Of a stretch of 64,000 nucleotides of DNA, positions 48,650-61,978 are shown one piece after another. The notes beneath the pieces were generated by a model. The model was not told the origin of the DNA. It made no database searches and saw only the letters and a list, made by a program, of their open reading frames with translations. Made by a program: the position numbers and the translations under genes. The DNA is from Haplodiscus bocki (taxonomy: Eukaryota): assembly GCA_965655095.1 (NCBI GenBank), contig OZ296654.1, forward strand, positions 70,122,001 through 70,186,000. Direction: 5' to 3'. Position 1 is the stretch's first letter, and each line of letters opens with the position of its first letter.

Positions 48650-51600
48650 TTTGGATCGCTGTGTTTTTGATTTTTTATATAAAGTCGCTAAGACATTCTA
48701 CAATTGTGTATGGACCTTTACAAGGGGATGAGAGTTTGGGACTCAGTTCTTTGGGGGTGACAGAGTTATGTAACCAAACTTTGTCACCTGGTTTGTATCG
48801 GGGGCCGTGCGTTTTAGAATTATACACAGCACTGCGTCGCATTTGAGAAACTTGAAGATGAAGGTGTGCTGTATCGCGGGCTCTTTGCATGTTGGCACTT
48901 TTTTGCTGAATAAACTGATGCACGTCGGTTTTGTTCCTTTGTTCTTCCGAAGGATACTGGATATCCCCTGGGAGGTTAATTTCTTCGCCCGAAACAAGAA
49001 ACTGAGGTGTGTAACCTGTTGACTCATGGACTGAAGTTCGGAATGCCACCATTACATACGGAAAATGCTGGGCCCAGTTGCTTTGGAAGTCATCGACAGT
49101 TTTGGCCAACATGTTCAGTAAAGTTTTGTTCATTTGTTCGATTACGGCATTTGATTATAGATGGAATGTTGTAGTCCGCGTTTTATCAATCTTAACCGAC
49201 TATATGAGACTTTGGAAGAGTTCAGACACAAAGTTTCGACCTTGTTTGTATGAATGCTCATGGGAACGCCAAAACGACTACTCCAGTGTTGAAGTAGTGC
49301 GGTAGCAGTCAATTCAGCTGTCTGATCTGACAATGGGACTGCTTCATACCGCTTTGTGAAGTGATCACCAAATATTGCTTTGTATGAGTTACCATTTGAA
49401 ACCGGGAGTGGTACAAGGAAATCAATACCAATGTCAGCAAAAAACACCGGGAAACCAACTGACAAGGCTGTGTCTATGTTTCTGCTTGGAGCTGTTACGT
49501 TGTTGACAAACAAGACAACTTGAGACAAACACACTTGAATCTTTCTTGTGTCCTGGCCAATAGAATCTAGTTCGAAGCTTTTCTAAAGCTTTTTTAACTA
49601 CTAGGTGGGCAGCTGGTTCTCAACTGGGAATTGATTCTAAAATATTGGGTCACAATGTTGTTGGAACGACTTGTTGTAAAAGACTTTGGCTTGTGCTGGA
49701 ATCCTCAAAACTTCGCAAAAGTTATCATTTACAACATTGAGGGAGGTAAAGTTGTTCCAGAGAACCGAAATGTCTCTGGACTGGCCTTGTATGACTCAGC
49801 GATGGGGTTGTTTCCCGTTTTTAACCCAAGAAAGAACGGTTGCAATACTCTGATCGTCTTCTTGTGCTTGTTGCATGTAATTCTCTGTTCCTTATTCTTT
49901 TCGAGTCCCGCTATGACTAAAATTCTGCTGTTGCGGCCGTCTATAAACCGTGACTTTCAAGGAAGAGTTGTGGAAAACATCCGTGGTGGTTTTTTTCACT
50001 TTCAATCAATCTAGCTTATCTAGTCCGGTCGACAGTTGTGGTATGCTTATCTTTTTATTTTTGTGTTTCTGCACGGATTGCAAAATGGCTTCCAATGCTA
50101 CACGTAGGGAAAAATACGTTGGTTGGCTACAAAATCTGGACTCCACTATCAAGTCACAAAGGAATCTATTCGGAGAAATTTGTTGTGGGTAAACTTTTCC
50201 TTTCGACGCTTTCGACACAAACTCGGGGTATCCGGTTGGGAAATCTTTACTAACCTGCTTAGCAAAACCTGCTGCTAGCTTAAAAAAAGCTGAAATGCTA
50301 TGCGCTATTGAATCTGTCGAATCAAATAGATTTCCACTCAGTTCTAATACTTCAAATTTCTCAGAAGTTTTTGTTTGGCAGACTGTGTGCACGAGGTTAA
50401 AACTTTGTTGACTTCTCTCATCTTCAACATTTTAGGTATAAGATGCTATTGTTGCTCTTTTGACACCGTGTGCCCTTTTTGCCGAGTGACTGGTGCTTTT
50501 CCTTTGTCCGTGCGGGGACGATAACGCCATTCTGTGTCACTTGTTTCATCGTTGAATTGCGTTGGATGCTTTGCTTCAGCACTACTCGTAGATGCATGAG
50601 CCTGATCCACGGTGCCGTCTTGACTAGGAATCATGGACGTAGAGTCCGCGTGCCCGATACTTTTTGTACTGCGATGGATATTTTCATATTCAAAAGACCC
50701 TATTATTTGTAGCCAACGTGCCGTTAGACCATAGGGTCTTTGAAACTTTGAAGCCACTGCAAAGCTCTGTGATCAGTGACAATTTGGAACGTTCTTCCTA
50801 ACAAGTAATGCTTGAAATGTCTAGCGAATTTCACAATAGCCAAAAAGCTACGTTTCGTGGTGAAATGTCGGCTCTGAGTTTTGCTAAAGGATTTGGATGC
50901 TTAACAAATGACGCGTTCCGAACGATTTTGAAATTGAGTGAGAAGTGCGCCCATTGCATGCTGGCTAGCATCAGTATACAATATGAAAGTTTCGTTCTTG
51001 CTCGGGAAAACCAAAGTTTGGGCGAAGGTGAGCCTCAACGTCAGAACATCAAATGCTTTCTGGGCTTCAGAATTCTAGAGGAAATCTTTTAATTTCTCAG
51101 TCAGTTGATTCAAAGGACGGGCTGGTTTTGAAAAGTCTTGCACACCTCTTCTAAAGTATGAACAGAGACCTAAAAAAAATTTTAATTTCGGTACCCTTCT
51201 TTTGTACCGTGTATTTTTTAACAGCGGAAGTTTTCTCAGGATCGGCTTGGATGCCTACAGGGCCTTGATTTTGAGATTGGCCATTTTGAACCTTTGAAAA
51301 ATTTCACGAAGGTGGTCAAGGTGTTCTTCGATTGTGCGGGAAAGAATGATGCAATCATCAGAATAAAGAACTGTCAATTTCCAAGTTATGCTTACGAGTA
51401 CCTTTCTCATGAGACTTTGAAAGTGTTTGGACTGCCGGTGAGTCCCATTGGCATTCGCAGTTATATAAAAGATTCAAATGGTGTACTGAACGCTGTATAG
51501 TCCTCAGTGGCTTCTTCCATCCAGATTTGATAAACTTTCCAAGACCTGTCAATGATAGAGAAGTAACAACTACCTTCCAAAGTGTCAAAGGTTTCCCCGA

Positions 51601-52730
51601 TGGATCGTATTGGCCAACAGGACATAGTGGTATGCTTGTTAAACTGCTGATAGTCAATGACAAGTCTCAGTTTACCATTTTTTTGGAACTAACATAACAG
51701 GTGCACAGTATTGGCTATGGCACAGCTCAATGAGTTCATGCTCAAGGAATTGGTCCATTTTTTTCCCGAAGGTCTGATTTGAAATGCATTAGTATCAGTC
51801 AGTTCGGAAAATTGATCGGAGTACAACCTGGGTAAACTTGAATTTTATCTTTCACGAGATCGCATTTTCCGATGTCTTTTTCATCTTTAGAGAAAACAAC
51901 CGAAAAATCACGGAACAACTGCGCAAATTTCGCATGGGAACTTCCCATCAGAAGTAGTTTTGCCTGGTTGGAGGTCAGACTTGTTGATTGCGGTGTGTTT
52001 CTGTTTTGGTAGAAAAGTTACACTGTTCTGGGAGAACGTTTCGTCTTGCAGCATAGTGATTGTTCTTCGCGTTAAACCTTTGTAGATCATTCGATCTGCT
52101 CCGGGATTAATGATACGTGCCGGGATAGCATCCTCTTGAAATTTGGAAAACTTTCTGAAAGCTGAGACATTCTGCTTCTCACAGAAAGATTGTGAAGGTT
52201 CGAAAATTCATTGATTTGTCAGTAAGGTATGATCATCATGGCCAATTTTACCTAGAATATTCGCTTCATGACCGGACGTTTTGAGGGATGTTTCTCTGGC
52301 AACAACTCTCATGACTGGGCAGTGTCAGGATTGAAACGGTACTGTTCGATGGAAAAGGTTTGCGGAGGTACCACGGTTCAAACGTAACTTCGTTTCAAAA
52401 AACATGAGATCACACTTGTGTGTCTCACGAATATCGAGACCTAACAAACACTCATCTTCAGAAGCTTCAAGGACAAAAAAATGTGTCGAAAAGTCATTGA
52501 TTCTCTTTTAATTTCAACTGCATGTTCACCTTTTACTTTAATCTCGCTTGGATTGGCGGCTAGGAGTCGTTTAAAACATGGTTCCAGAGATGACTGCACC
52601 TTTGGAGGAAGACGAACGAACACTTTTGGGCTCAGACAAAAAACACTTGCGCCTGTGTCCCAAACGGCGTCTGACGGAATTTTAAAGACCGTAACTCGTA
52701 CAAAAACACTTCTGTCATCCACCACTGAAT
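48650..52730 (-). pseudogene. pol: Gypsy pol (protease, RT, RNase H, macrodomain, integrase with GPY/F module), disrupted
   Basis: Protease AVWDTGAS; RT remnants 52000-51150; RNase H ending TARWLQII...SIGHAD; integrase RFYWPG, IGIDF, IEQMNKTLLNML, HESTGYTP, KGPY. Confidence 0.9.
49940..50350 (-). other. TARG1/OARD1 (Poa1p-like) macrodomain embedded in pol
   Basis: GNLFDSTDSIAHSISA..LAAGFAKQV...QPTYFSLRVALEAI...ISIPQLSTGLDKLD*(W)..DVFHNSSLKVTVY. Confidence 0.85.
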
Positions 52731-52779
52731 TTACGCATTCCGTCTACTGAAGGCTTTTTGATTTGGCTGCGCAGTTGCC

Positions 52780-53720
52780 TCGTTGATAAGCAGGTGCTTT
52801 AAGTTTAACTTCTGGCGTCGGGTGCGGCATTTTTGCTTGAAGATGCCAATTTTGCCACAATTAAAACATGTTTTGCGGTCACGGCTGGGATCCTTGGTTC
52901 GGCCACATTGTTTGCATTTTTCTTCATCGCTACGGTGCGGACTCGAACTTCGGTCTCATTTGTTGTTTTTGGAGGTATCTGAGAAGCTAATTTTAGATTA
53001 AATCTGCTGATTGTTGCTGTTTAGGGCGGTTTTTTGCTCGTTGGGCTGGTTAGGTTCTTCAGAGATAGAAACGTTGTTATTGCGTCTCGATCCTGTTAAG
53101 GGAGACCGATATTGGTTACTATCTCGACTATCCGAGCGATTTTTTTGTTCTACGAGGCACTTCTGTTGGTACATGGTGACCTAGCCAAAGTGTCTTAAAT
53201 TTCTGTGCGGAGACTACGAACTAACTCAGTAAAAGTTTCGAGAGGGGTCTCAGTGCTGATATCGTTAACACCAGAACTTTGCATTTTTAAATCGTCGAAT
53301 TCAAGAAAAGACTGGGTTTCCAATGCTGTTTGCAGTGCAGCGTCAGCATCTGCGGTTTTCGCTTTGCGAACCTCCCTGCGAACAGTGGGGTTCGACAAAC
53401 TGGCAATGAAACTGGTCAGCAGGATTTCATTGCGGACAGCCTCAACAGGATAGCCATTGCGGGATAAATCTCGCAACTACCAGAAAAAAAATGGGGATGG
53501 TTTGTCCTGATTGTTGATGGGTAGCTTTAACTTTAGCCTTATGCATATCTTGATTAGGAGTTTACTGAGTTCAAAAAGCGTCAAGAAATCGATTTATGTT
53601 AACTACAAGTGGGGTATATGGAAGCACAGAAATCAAATCAACGTTTAAATGCTTGTTTGAGGCCAACAAAAGTTGAAAATTGGAACCATCGGTACGACAG
53701 CGGGTTTCAGTAACACAAAC
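52780..53720 (-). pseudogene. gag: Gypsy gag, disrupted
   Basis: QQSGQTI...RDLSRNGYPVEAVRNEILLTSFIASL capsid motif; zinc-knuckle remnants CKQCGR and CFNCGKIG. Confidence 0.75.
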
Positions 53721-55180
53721 AGGGCATGGAGGACATAGATGAATCCACGGAAAAGAAAATGGAACAACATGAGTTCCAACCGTGAAGCAGATAGACTAAG
53801 AATCAAAAAACAAAACAAAATAGAGAACGAAAGCCGTTTAGAGACAACAAAAAAAGAATAAACAAACAAATGAGAAGAATCAGGAGCCGGTGGATGGATT
53901 TTAAGAGAGCCAAAGTAAGAGAAATAGTGTCAGGGGCAATTGCAAGGCGCTTTCGTAGCTCGGGTGAGAAGTGGCTTGAGCCTGTTTTGTTGGATTTTCA
54001 GGATCTTGATGCTTCTGAGACATTTGAGGTGCCAGAAGTAACTGTGGAAGAAGAAGACGTGACAACGGCGACGCTGGTCGAAAGCAATGCAGATAAGCGT
54101 GGGGTTGAGGCAACTGGTTGGCTGTTAGGTTGTCAGGGTTATTATGCGCGTACACTTCCAAGTAAAGGAGTCAAAGATTTCCGAGGAGGTAGAAAGTTAG
54201 AGCGTAGTGGAAAAAAGTGTTATTAGTGTCAGTCAAATAGGACCGAGTCGAAGTGCGCGAAATATATGAATGGTAGTGCTGATTTAAGAGGACACTGTGA
54301 AGAGGTTGGAGTCAAGGAGGGAACGGGCGACCGTAACCAAGAATACAAGGGTATGGAACTCTAGCGCATAGATATTGACAAAAATAACAAGGGAAAGCAA
54401 TGACAAAGGGGCCGGAGCTAATGTTAACAGTGTGGTAGACGGACATACAAACTAGTTAACAAGTTTATGTGTTTTTTTGCAGCGAGGCGAAGAGAAATGT
54501 TAAAGAACACGGCAGCACGCGACGTGACGAACGTACGGCAAGGAAAGAACGTAGCGGAAATGACGGCGACAAAAGAACGTTGCAGAACGACGAGGACAAA
54601 ATCGGGGCGTCGTGGAAAACTAAAATCTTAGAGGTGGGGGTAGAAGGTACTGCCGCTAATCCTACACCAATCAGTCTCAGTGTTCCACACTGGAGGGACA
54701 CCTAACTTAGTCTAGTTGGTCACATATGCGGAAGAAACCAACTGGATTGAAACTCTGGATCAATTAAAACTCATCAAACGTGTTGATGGACAAGCAATAG
54801 TATTCTCAGTGAAATTTCAAGCCATGACCAACTGATTGAATAAGTGCCTTGGCATGGGATTCGTACTCCAAGAAGAAAAAAATGAAAGAAACGAACGCAA
54901 GGATTGGCGCGGGTTAGCAAAAAACGGAAAACGGATGGAAGCGCTAAAAGAAAAGCAAAAGGTAGTTCGATAAGCGAACTGTTAAAATTAAGTCACTTCA
55001 AATGACAAACAACGGAAAAAAGGAACCAAAATGTGAAAATTGTAAAAATTGAAAAACGTCAGCGCTGATGCAGTTTAAGAAAAGAACGCAAAAACCAAAA
55101 CAAAGCAAGGGAGGAAAATGTGTTAGAGACCAAACGAAAAGTTTAGAGGATGCTTGTGGGTGACATTTAAAAGTCTAGAA

Positions 55181-55194
55181 AGTTCCTGTCACCA
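55181..55194 (-). promoter_or_regulatory. Primer-binding site of the Gypsy element
   Basis: TGGTGACAGGAACT immediately after the 5' LTR; tRNA not assigned. Confidence 0.6.
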
Positions 55195-55196
55195 TT

Positions 55197-55839
55197 TTAT
55201 ATAGCAATATTGCTTTGGGTGCTATAAGTTTTGTATGTTTTTCCTCAGAAACAAAAATCTTTTTGCACTTTGCAATAAATAAAAATAAAATATTAGGTTA
55301 GTTTTTTACAGGGTTAAAACGTTTACGAATAAATTGAAATAATTATAAACAAACAGTAAAACTTATAGAACACTAACATTTTTCTTTTCTTCGTGATGTA
55401 GAGAGATAGAAAGAGACGAAGAGAAGAATTTCCAGATTATTTTTCTTTACGATGAGAAAAGTTTACTTTTGCTATATAGATGAGCTGTTGTTTACTGCAC
55501 AAAAAGATTGTTGGGATTGTTAATAGAGCCGAGGGAGAAATGCGTGATGGGAAAACAAATCGCTAGTTGGCGGCTGTTACGAAAATGTCTACTTCACTAA
55601 TCGTAGCTGTTAACGAGTAATGACTGATGATATACTTCATGACTCGTATTCTACAACAAACAGATACGAAGAATGAATTACTTGCGAATTACTTTGACTT
55701 TAATAACGAGAGGTTGAGTAATAAGGGCCTAGAGATCCTGGAGAAATTGAAGTAAAAATTGAGAACAATTTTTACAAAGGTCACGTACTAAAAGCAAAAA
55801 ATATTTAAATCAGTTATAGTTTTGTGGGTCTTTATAATA
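55197..55839 (-). repeat. 5' LTR of the Gypsy element
   Basis: Diverged repeat of 43508-44079 with two extra insertions; termini decayed. Confidence 0.85.
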
Positions 55840-55949
55840 TGAAATGCTTTTTTGTCAACGCCGCTTCGAAACAAAAGTAAACAACTGACTTCCATGAATT
55901 ATCAGACGCTTGAACGAGAAGACTATATGTATATAAAAGGCACACAAGT

Positions 55950-56113
55950 AACCTTTTACTGCTCGGAGATGGAAATTCGTAAGTTATCCCTGGTCCCAGA
56001 TGTCTATATCTCGCACCTACTAAGATATCTTTGTTACTTCTGACCCCTGGACCCATCTCTGTCTTGTTAGGAATGGAAAGTTTCATGTCTGGTAGTCTGG
56101 TCTGGATATTTAT
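55950..56113 (-). CDS. Possible further exon of the lectin-domain gene
   Basis: TTTCCAG| acceptor then open frame INIQTRLPDMKLSIPNKTEMGPGV...; phase 0 is compatible with a GTCATT donor in the 57412-57623 exon. Confidence 0.25.
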
Positions 56114-56443
56114 CTGGAAACTCTAAAATCTCTGAGTTAGCACCGAATGAGTTTTAACTGGGTTTGGAATTAAACATGCAAAAACCTCTTTTTACAAGAA
56201 ACACAGCATCGCCCTATTCAGCTAAATCCACCAACTTGGCTTATGAAGTAGAAACAAGTGTTTATTAATTGTTTAGTCTGATGAAACGTTTCTTAGGTCA
56301 ACAAAATTTGAAACAAAATACAAACCAATCAAGAATAAACTTTTTATTAACAAAGTGTTAAAATAATCGTGACTTTACAATATTGAGTGCTTCGAAATGA
56401 GTGGCTAATAAAAACTAATGAAATGTTTTTGAGTTATTAAAAG

Positions 56444-57396
56444 CCCTCGCTGAGACTTCATCTGGGACCATTGATGGTCAGGGCAACCCATGGTTTTGTT
56501 CGTGGCCAGTCTTAAACCATTGCTGGCCCAGGGCTGGCATAGTTGCCGCATAGCATTTTTTCTTCCTGGGCTTTGCTGGTTTGGCGATAGTCTGATATGA
56601 CATCCTGATCCTAGGAACGGGTTAACATTCCTTTTAGGGTTGTTTTTTCAATATTTTAAGGCTAACAAGGTTGCGAATAACAACCTTCAGCCAACAGGAG
56701 TCACTCAGGGCCTAATTTTCTGGAAAATTTCAACTCACTAAAGTCTGCTATTTTTCACTGGTATTATTTCCTCCACATTTTCTATCCTACTCCTATCCGG
56801 ACAAAAAATCTTTAAATTTGTCAGACATAATGAACGTGTTGAAAGAATTTTCAGTCAATAAACAAATTTTTCACCCAACATACAGCTAGCTGTCTTCAGG
56901 TATACTCCTGCAGAAACTACGGCAAAATATCCGATTTTTCATACACTTCGAAAGAAACATAGTTTCAAAATATTTCCAGAAAATGATCATCACTCGTCCG
57001 TTCATGAAGCTTTATTACAAAATCATCAATTTCATCTTCTGAACACGGATAATTCCACAGAATTTTTAATACTTTCCGACAAAAATAAATTCATAAGACG
57101 CCTGGATAGACATGATCAGTCATGTGGGCTACAAAAATCAAAATCGTATAAAAAAAAATTTATCCATTTTAATTTCCATTTCCCAGTTTCTTGCACAGAA
57201 AAAAAACAAAATTTCCATTATTTTAGATATTCTCCACCTGTGCATATAAATTTTTAACAACTTGAACGAATATTCCTGTGACCATCGAAGGACCATCACT
57301 GGCCAGGGATGGTTGCCATGGGATCACCAAGGCGATCGACGGGCGCCCTGGGACTGTAATGACCATTGATCACCTGCACTGAAGCTCAGTACGGGG
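56444..57396. mobile_element. MITE with degenerate CCC...GGG TIRs and CCA/TGG-rich subterminal repeats
   Basis: Left end CCCTCGCTGAGACTTCA versus reverse complement of right end CCCCGTACTGAGCTTCA; TSD not clear. Confidence 0.55.
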
Positions 57397-57411
57397 TTTT
57401 TCTGTATTCAG

Positions 57412-57623
57412 TCAATTTGGAAAGTAAATGACAGTTATGTCGATCTCACAAAACATCAAATAGCCTCCGTTGTGCTCCAGGAACATCCGGTTGCCTCTCA
57501 ACACCCCTCCACATTCAAAAGTGGCCCATGAATCAGATGAAGTGAAAACCGCGCGGTCCCCACATTGAACACAGCCAACACCGTTCTCGCATACTTGAAC
57601 GACTGTCTGCTCCAGAAAACTCG
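57412..57623 (-). CDS. Exon 4 of F-type lectin-like gene (C-half of domain 2)
   Basis: Acceptor ATTAG|, phase 1; CENGVGCVQCG...WATFECGGVLRGNRMFL...YLMFCEIDI; in-frame TGA at 57412. Confidence 0.75.
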
Positions 57624-58169
57624 CTAATTGAAATAAACATGAACTAAAAATGTGTGCACACATTGAGTCGACTGTTTGCAGTGACTTCGAAAAGACTTCG
57701 AAAAATTATGCTTTTCTGTATCATTTTTGTTCTGAGAGATATTAATAGTCTAATTGAATATGAGAAAAAATCTAATAGATTACATTTTGAAAACATACGT
57801 TGCTCCAGGTCAATGGTTTTATTAATTATTTCATACAAGTTATTTTTGGATGGCTTAATTGAAGGTTTTCGTTAATTAGTTTCGCAATTTAATATCTCAA
57901 TTTAAGTTACATTAAATTTGGCAAATGCTCTGAATTAGGTCCTAAGAATGCTAAAATTTTGCTTGTTTGTCTTCAATACACAACTTCTTGCTGTCGCAAA
58001 TATTTTATGACAGCAAGAGATTTAGTATTGACGACAGAAAGGCAAAAATTTACACAAAAGTTTTGCGACAAACTCAAAACTCGACTCTTAAATTTTGACT
58101 TCACTCTTATACTTCACATTTTATCATCCCTTTTGGTCAATTTTCCCTCAATTTTACTGATGTATTCTG

Positions 58170-58920
58170 CGAACTGATGCCAAAGAAATGAAACTGATTC
58201 TTAGTATATGTTTGAACATGGGTAATGGAGGCGTGATGGCATTGGAGCCAGTGTCGAGAGCCAATAGGCCCGACATCTACGTTGCAATGCCATAGGGCTT
58301 CTGAAGCCATGTTCAATTTTTTTAGCAAGCATGTTAAACAAAAATATGTCAAATATGTCGGAGCTATATGTCGAAACATTTGAAGATGAAATTGAGCCAA
58401 CCCGGCATCATTTTAGAAAAACATCAATTTTGAAAAGTTTTTATTACTTGCTCTTTCATTTCTCTACATATTATTTCTATATGATGACGCTTTAGATCTG
58501 CTTTAATCTCTATAGCACTTCAATTAGTTTTCAGGTTCCTTAAAAAGAATGTGCGTCGTCAAACTTTTAGTTGAGACTGGTTTTTTCAATGACTTGCTTT
58601 TGAGGACTAGCTCAGAAGTTTCAAAATATTATAAAATTGTATCAAATCGTGTAGGTAAAAACTGCTTTCAGCTTTAACAGGGCTTCCAAATAGAAACAGG
58701 GCAAGCGATTGGAGAAATTGGTAGTACGATTGAAAAATGGAAGCCTGGCAACATTTCTTATTGACAAACATTTTTGAGCAATTCTAAACTAGCCTGCCAA
58801 TGAAGATTGAAATTTTGATCAATGAAACAGGAGTGAAAGATCAAACCTCCTGTAAAATTCAACTTTTAGCCCTGCTGACTCATTGGAGTTTTTCATAAGA
58901 GTTCCACATGGTTGCTTTTG
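58170..58920 (+). repeat. Intronic decayed paralogue of 30440-31150
   Basis: Collinear shared blocks in inverted orientation. Confidence 0.8.
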
Positions 58921-59193
58921 AGAGTTGAGGATTTATCTTGTACTTCCAAAAGATGGTGTATGAAAACAAGCCAATCTTTATTCCGTTTTTCCTGTTTAGA
59001 AACTTTTATGTACAACTTTTTGACTTGAGATCTCAATCTTGAAATCATTTTCAAAAATCAAAAGTTGAGCTCCTAATTCTTGATAGTTTCTTTTTTGAGG
59101 TCAACACAGTGTGTCGTTCTTCGAACAATGTCACTCTGTTGAACTTAAAAGGGAAGCTAAAAAAATGAAAAATATTAAAACAAGCTTCCGTAC

Positions 59194-59406
59194 ACCAATA
59201 GCTTTCTGAATAGGTGAGGAGCTTCACAGTGGTGACATAAGACAGAGGCATATCTAAATGTGCGGCGCCATGTGCTACACCTAGTTCCGAAAAATAGCAA
59301 GTATTAGGTGACGCTTCTCCTCCTTTTAAGGTAAATCCGTCGGTCAAAACATAATCAGCGCTATAAGGTGTCGATGCATTGCCTCCTGTCACATATTCTT
59401 TCCCGG
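59194..59406 (-). CDS. Exon 3 of F-type lectin-like gene (N-half of domain 2)
   Basis: TTTCAG| acceptor, |GTACGG donor, 213 bp, phase 1-1; ADYVLTDG...TCYFS...HLDMPLSYVTTVKLL. Confidence 0.75.
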
Positions 59407-59459
59407 CTGAAACAAACATCTTATTTAATATTCTTTATTTGAAGTTTTTTGAAAAAATA

Positions 59460-60270
59460 CCCGAATCGAGCTTGCATAGAAGTTTTACACGTTTTTGTAA
59501 GTTGCCCGACACTTTTTACAAGTTTTTACAAGATGCATGTAAAAATTTATCTGTGTGAAATTTTGACTGCTGCAGGAAACTTTTACAATTTTTTTTCATG
59601 CAACATGCTAAATCTGAATGCAAGAGACATATTTCAATTTTTACAAAACTTTTCACGCAGCATGTAAAAATTTGCATGCACATTTCCAAATATTGAATGC
59701 CATTAAAATTTTGTCATCTTGATAACTTATTCAGTTCACGGTTTTTCTATTGTGCCCCCTGAAAAGTTTCATATGCAGGAGATGTTACTCATTAAATAAA
59801 AATAGGATATTGGATATTCTAGCAATCTCTCAGCGAATTTTTGATCGCAAAACAGAAATTTCACTGATAAACACTCAATGAAAATGTTGGAGGCTTAAAC
59901 CTATTATTATCTAATTTACATCATACATATACACCATAGTCACAAACTTTTGTCAGAATTTAGACCGTAGTCTGTTCAAACTTCTAACTGTTTGTGGAGA
60001 GGTGACAAATAACTATTATTATTTCACTTAGGTAAACTAGCGTATAAAAAAATTGCTTAAGTAATTTTCGAAAAGTTCCGTCAAGATTTTGCATGAAAAG
60101 TTTGGGAGAATTTTTCATGCTGCGTGGAATTTTTGTAAAAGTTTTCTTGTTGCAGGCTAATTTTGTAGGAGTTCTCCATGCAAGATCTCTGAATTTACTA
60201 TATTTTTCAAAAAATTTTCCCTGTATGCATTCATCCAACATACAAAATGTTCACGCTGGCTCGACTAGGG
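59460..60270. mobile_element. MITE with CCC...GGG termini and 2-bp TSD TA
   Basis: TIRs CCCGAATCGAGC / CCCTAGTCGAGC (10/12 match), TA on both sides, TGCA/CATG subterminal arrays. Confidence 0.75.
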
Positions 60271-60769
60271 TAGATAAAGATTTTAGTGGTTCAAAAAATT
60301 TTCGTTACGCAGATGAATTGCTCCCACTGAAACCAATTTTTTTGCGATTCAGTCATCAAAAACCCGGATTGACGTTTTAACTACTTACAACAATAATCTT
60401 AGAAACTCTAGATTGATTCAAGGTTTCAAATAGATTTTTTAGAATGTTTCAGAACTTCAATGGAAAACGCTATTGCTCCAATTTCCAAGAAACCCCTCCA
60501 AAAAGGAAATTATAGGAAAATAGTGCTTGAAATTGCGTATGAATAGCTAGGGAGAAACATATATTTTCTAGTTTAGATTTTCTGTTTCATTTTTGGTGTG
60601 AAAATTGACAGAAATTAACTCTTGCATTCTGAAAATTCTGCAAACTGCAGGAAACGGAGTCAAAGAATGACTCTCAGTTCTACTTCAACTTGAAAAGTAT
60701 TTATAACCTAAGTTATATGTTTAAAAAGAACTGTGAGTTTTTTTTCTGATTTCAAATGGCATCGTTTTG

Positions 60770-60960
60770 GATTTTTCGCAAAATCTTGATTTTTCTTGGA
60801 TTTATTGGCCAGATTAATTGCCAAGATCTTAACGAGAAATCCAAGAAATCCAAGATCTTGGCAAGAAATGAAAAAAATCCAAGATCTTGGCAAGAAATTC
60901 AAGATCATCCAAGATTATCCAAGATCTTGACAAGAAACCCGAGACGTCAAGCACTGCGAG
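60770..60960. repeat. CCAAGATCTTGG palindromic repeat array, probable MITE end
   Basis: Multiple CAAGATCTTG / CCAAGA units; partner terminus not found. Confidence 0.55.
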
Positions 60961-61978
60961 AGCAAAAAAAAAGCCAAGATTAGTATTTCTCCATAGTAAG
61001 AATCCAGCGGTTCTCAGAGCTGAAACAGGTATTGAAAGAACTGCAATTTTCTGGTCTTCATTGAAAATGTCTGAGCATTGCGGAAACTTCTTGAAAATGT
61101 TTGTCATGACTGAAAATGTCTGAATATCACTGAAAACTTTCGAAAAGTACTTTTTCAACTCTGTCTATCTGTGAAACTGTCTGAAAAGTTCTGAAAAATA
61201 CCGTTGGCGCTATTTATATCCTAAAAGTTTTCTGCCTATTCATCGAATTTTTACGAACTACAACTTTCAAAAGATTTATAAAACTTTTATTTATGAAAAA
61301 TCAAAAAACCTATAGGTATATGTGATAATTATTTTTCTTTGAGCACATCTTTTCTTTATCGTCATCAAGTTTTCGAATATATCGACTAGAAAAATTTTCC
61401 CAAGAAAGATTCAAAGAGTTTTTTCAGTGGAATGTTGAAGAAAAGTACTTCTAAACGTCTTATTTTGTAATAAGCATTATTTCTCAACAAAATCAAAAAA
61501 CGTCATTAGCATCTTCGATTAGACTGAATATGGAACAAAAATTTTTTCACCAAAATATCAAATTCAGGCCGTTTAGTGTTTGAAGATTGACCAATTCAGT
61601 AAACTACGGAAAATCGCTCAAATAGTTGAAGCATGTATTGTAAAAATGGAAGTTTTTTTGCTTTGCATTGTCTGTTTGGATACAAACTTCCGTGGATGCA
61701 ACTATCTAGATATTGATCGCTCGGTGGTTCTGTATATTGCAGACTACCCAAGTTGTCCATGATTCATCCATGACCCATGAATTGTCATGATATGGATCAT
61801 TCTATTATTTATCCTCCTTTTGCAAATTCTCATGCTTGATTCAAGAATGTTGACCCATAAATTTCAGAAAAGTCATAGATGAATTGGACTACATTGACAG
61901 CTGAAAATCACTGGAACGTACTACCATCCTGAGGAAAAGACATTGCGCCATTCTAAAACTGAAAAATACATGAATGAC

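Larger units (their letters stand above)
43508..55839 (-). mobile_element. Envelope-encoding Gypsy (Metaviridae) LTR element, old and defective, about 12.3 kb
   Basis: Two diverged LTRs and a PBS; order gag, PR, RT, RH, macrodomain, IN, env, accessory ORF. Confidence 0.9.

Noticed and set aside
43500-55845. Target-site duplication for the Gypsy element
   Set aside because: Flanks TTGA versus TGAA do not match cleanly; termini are decayed.
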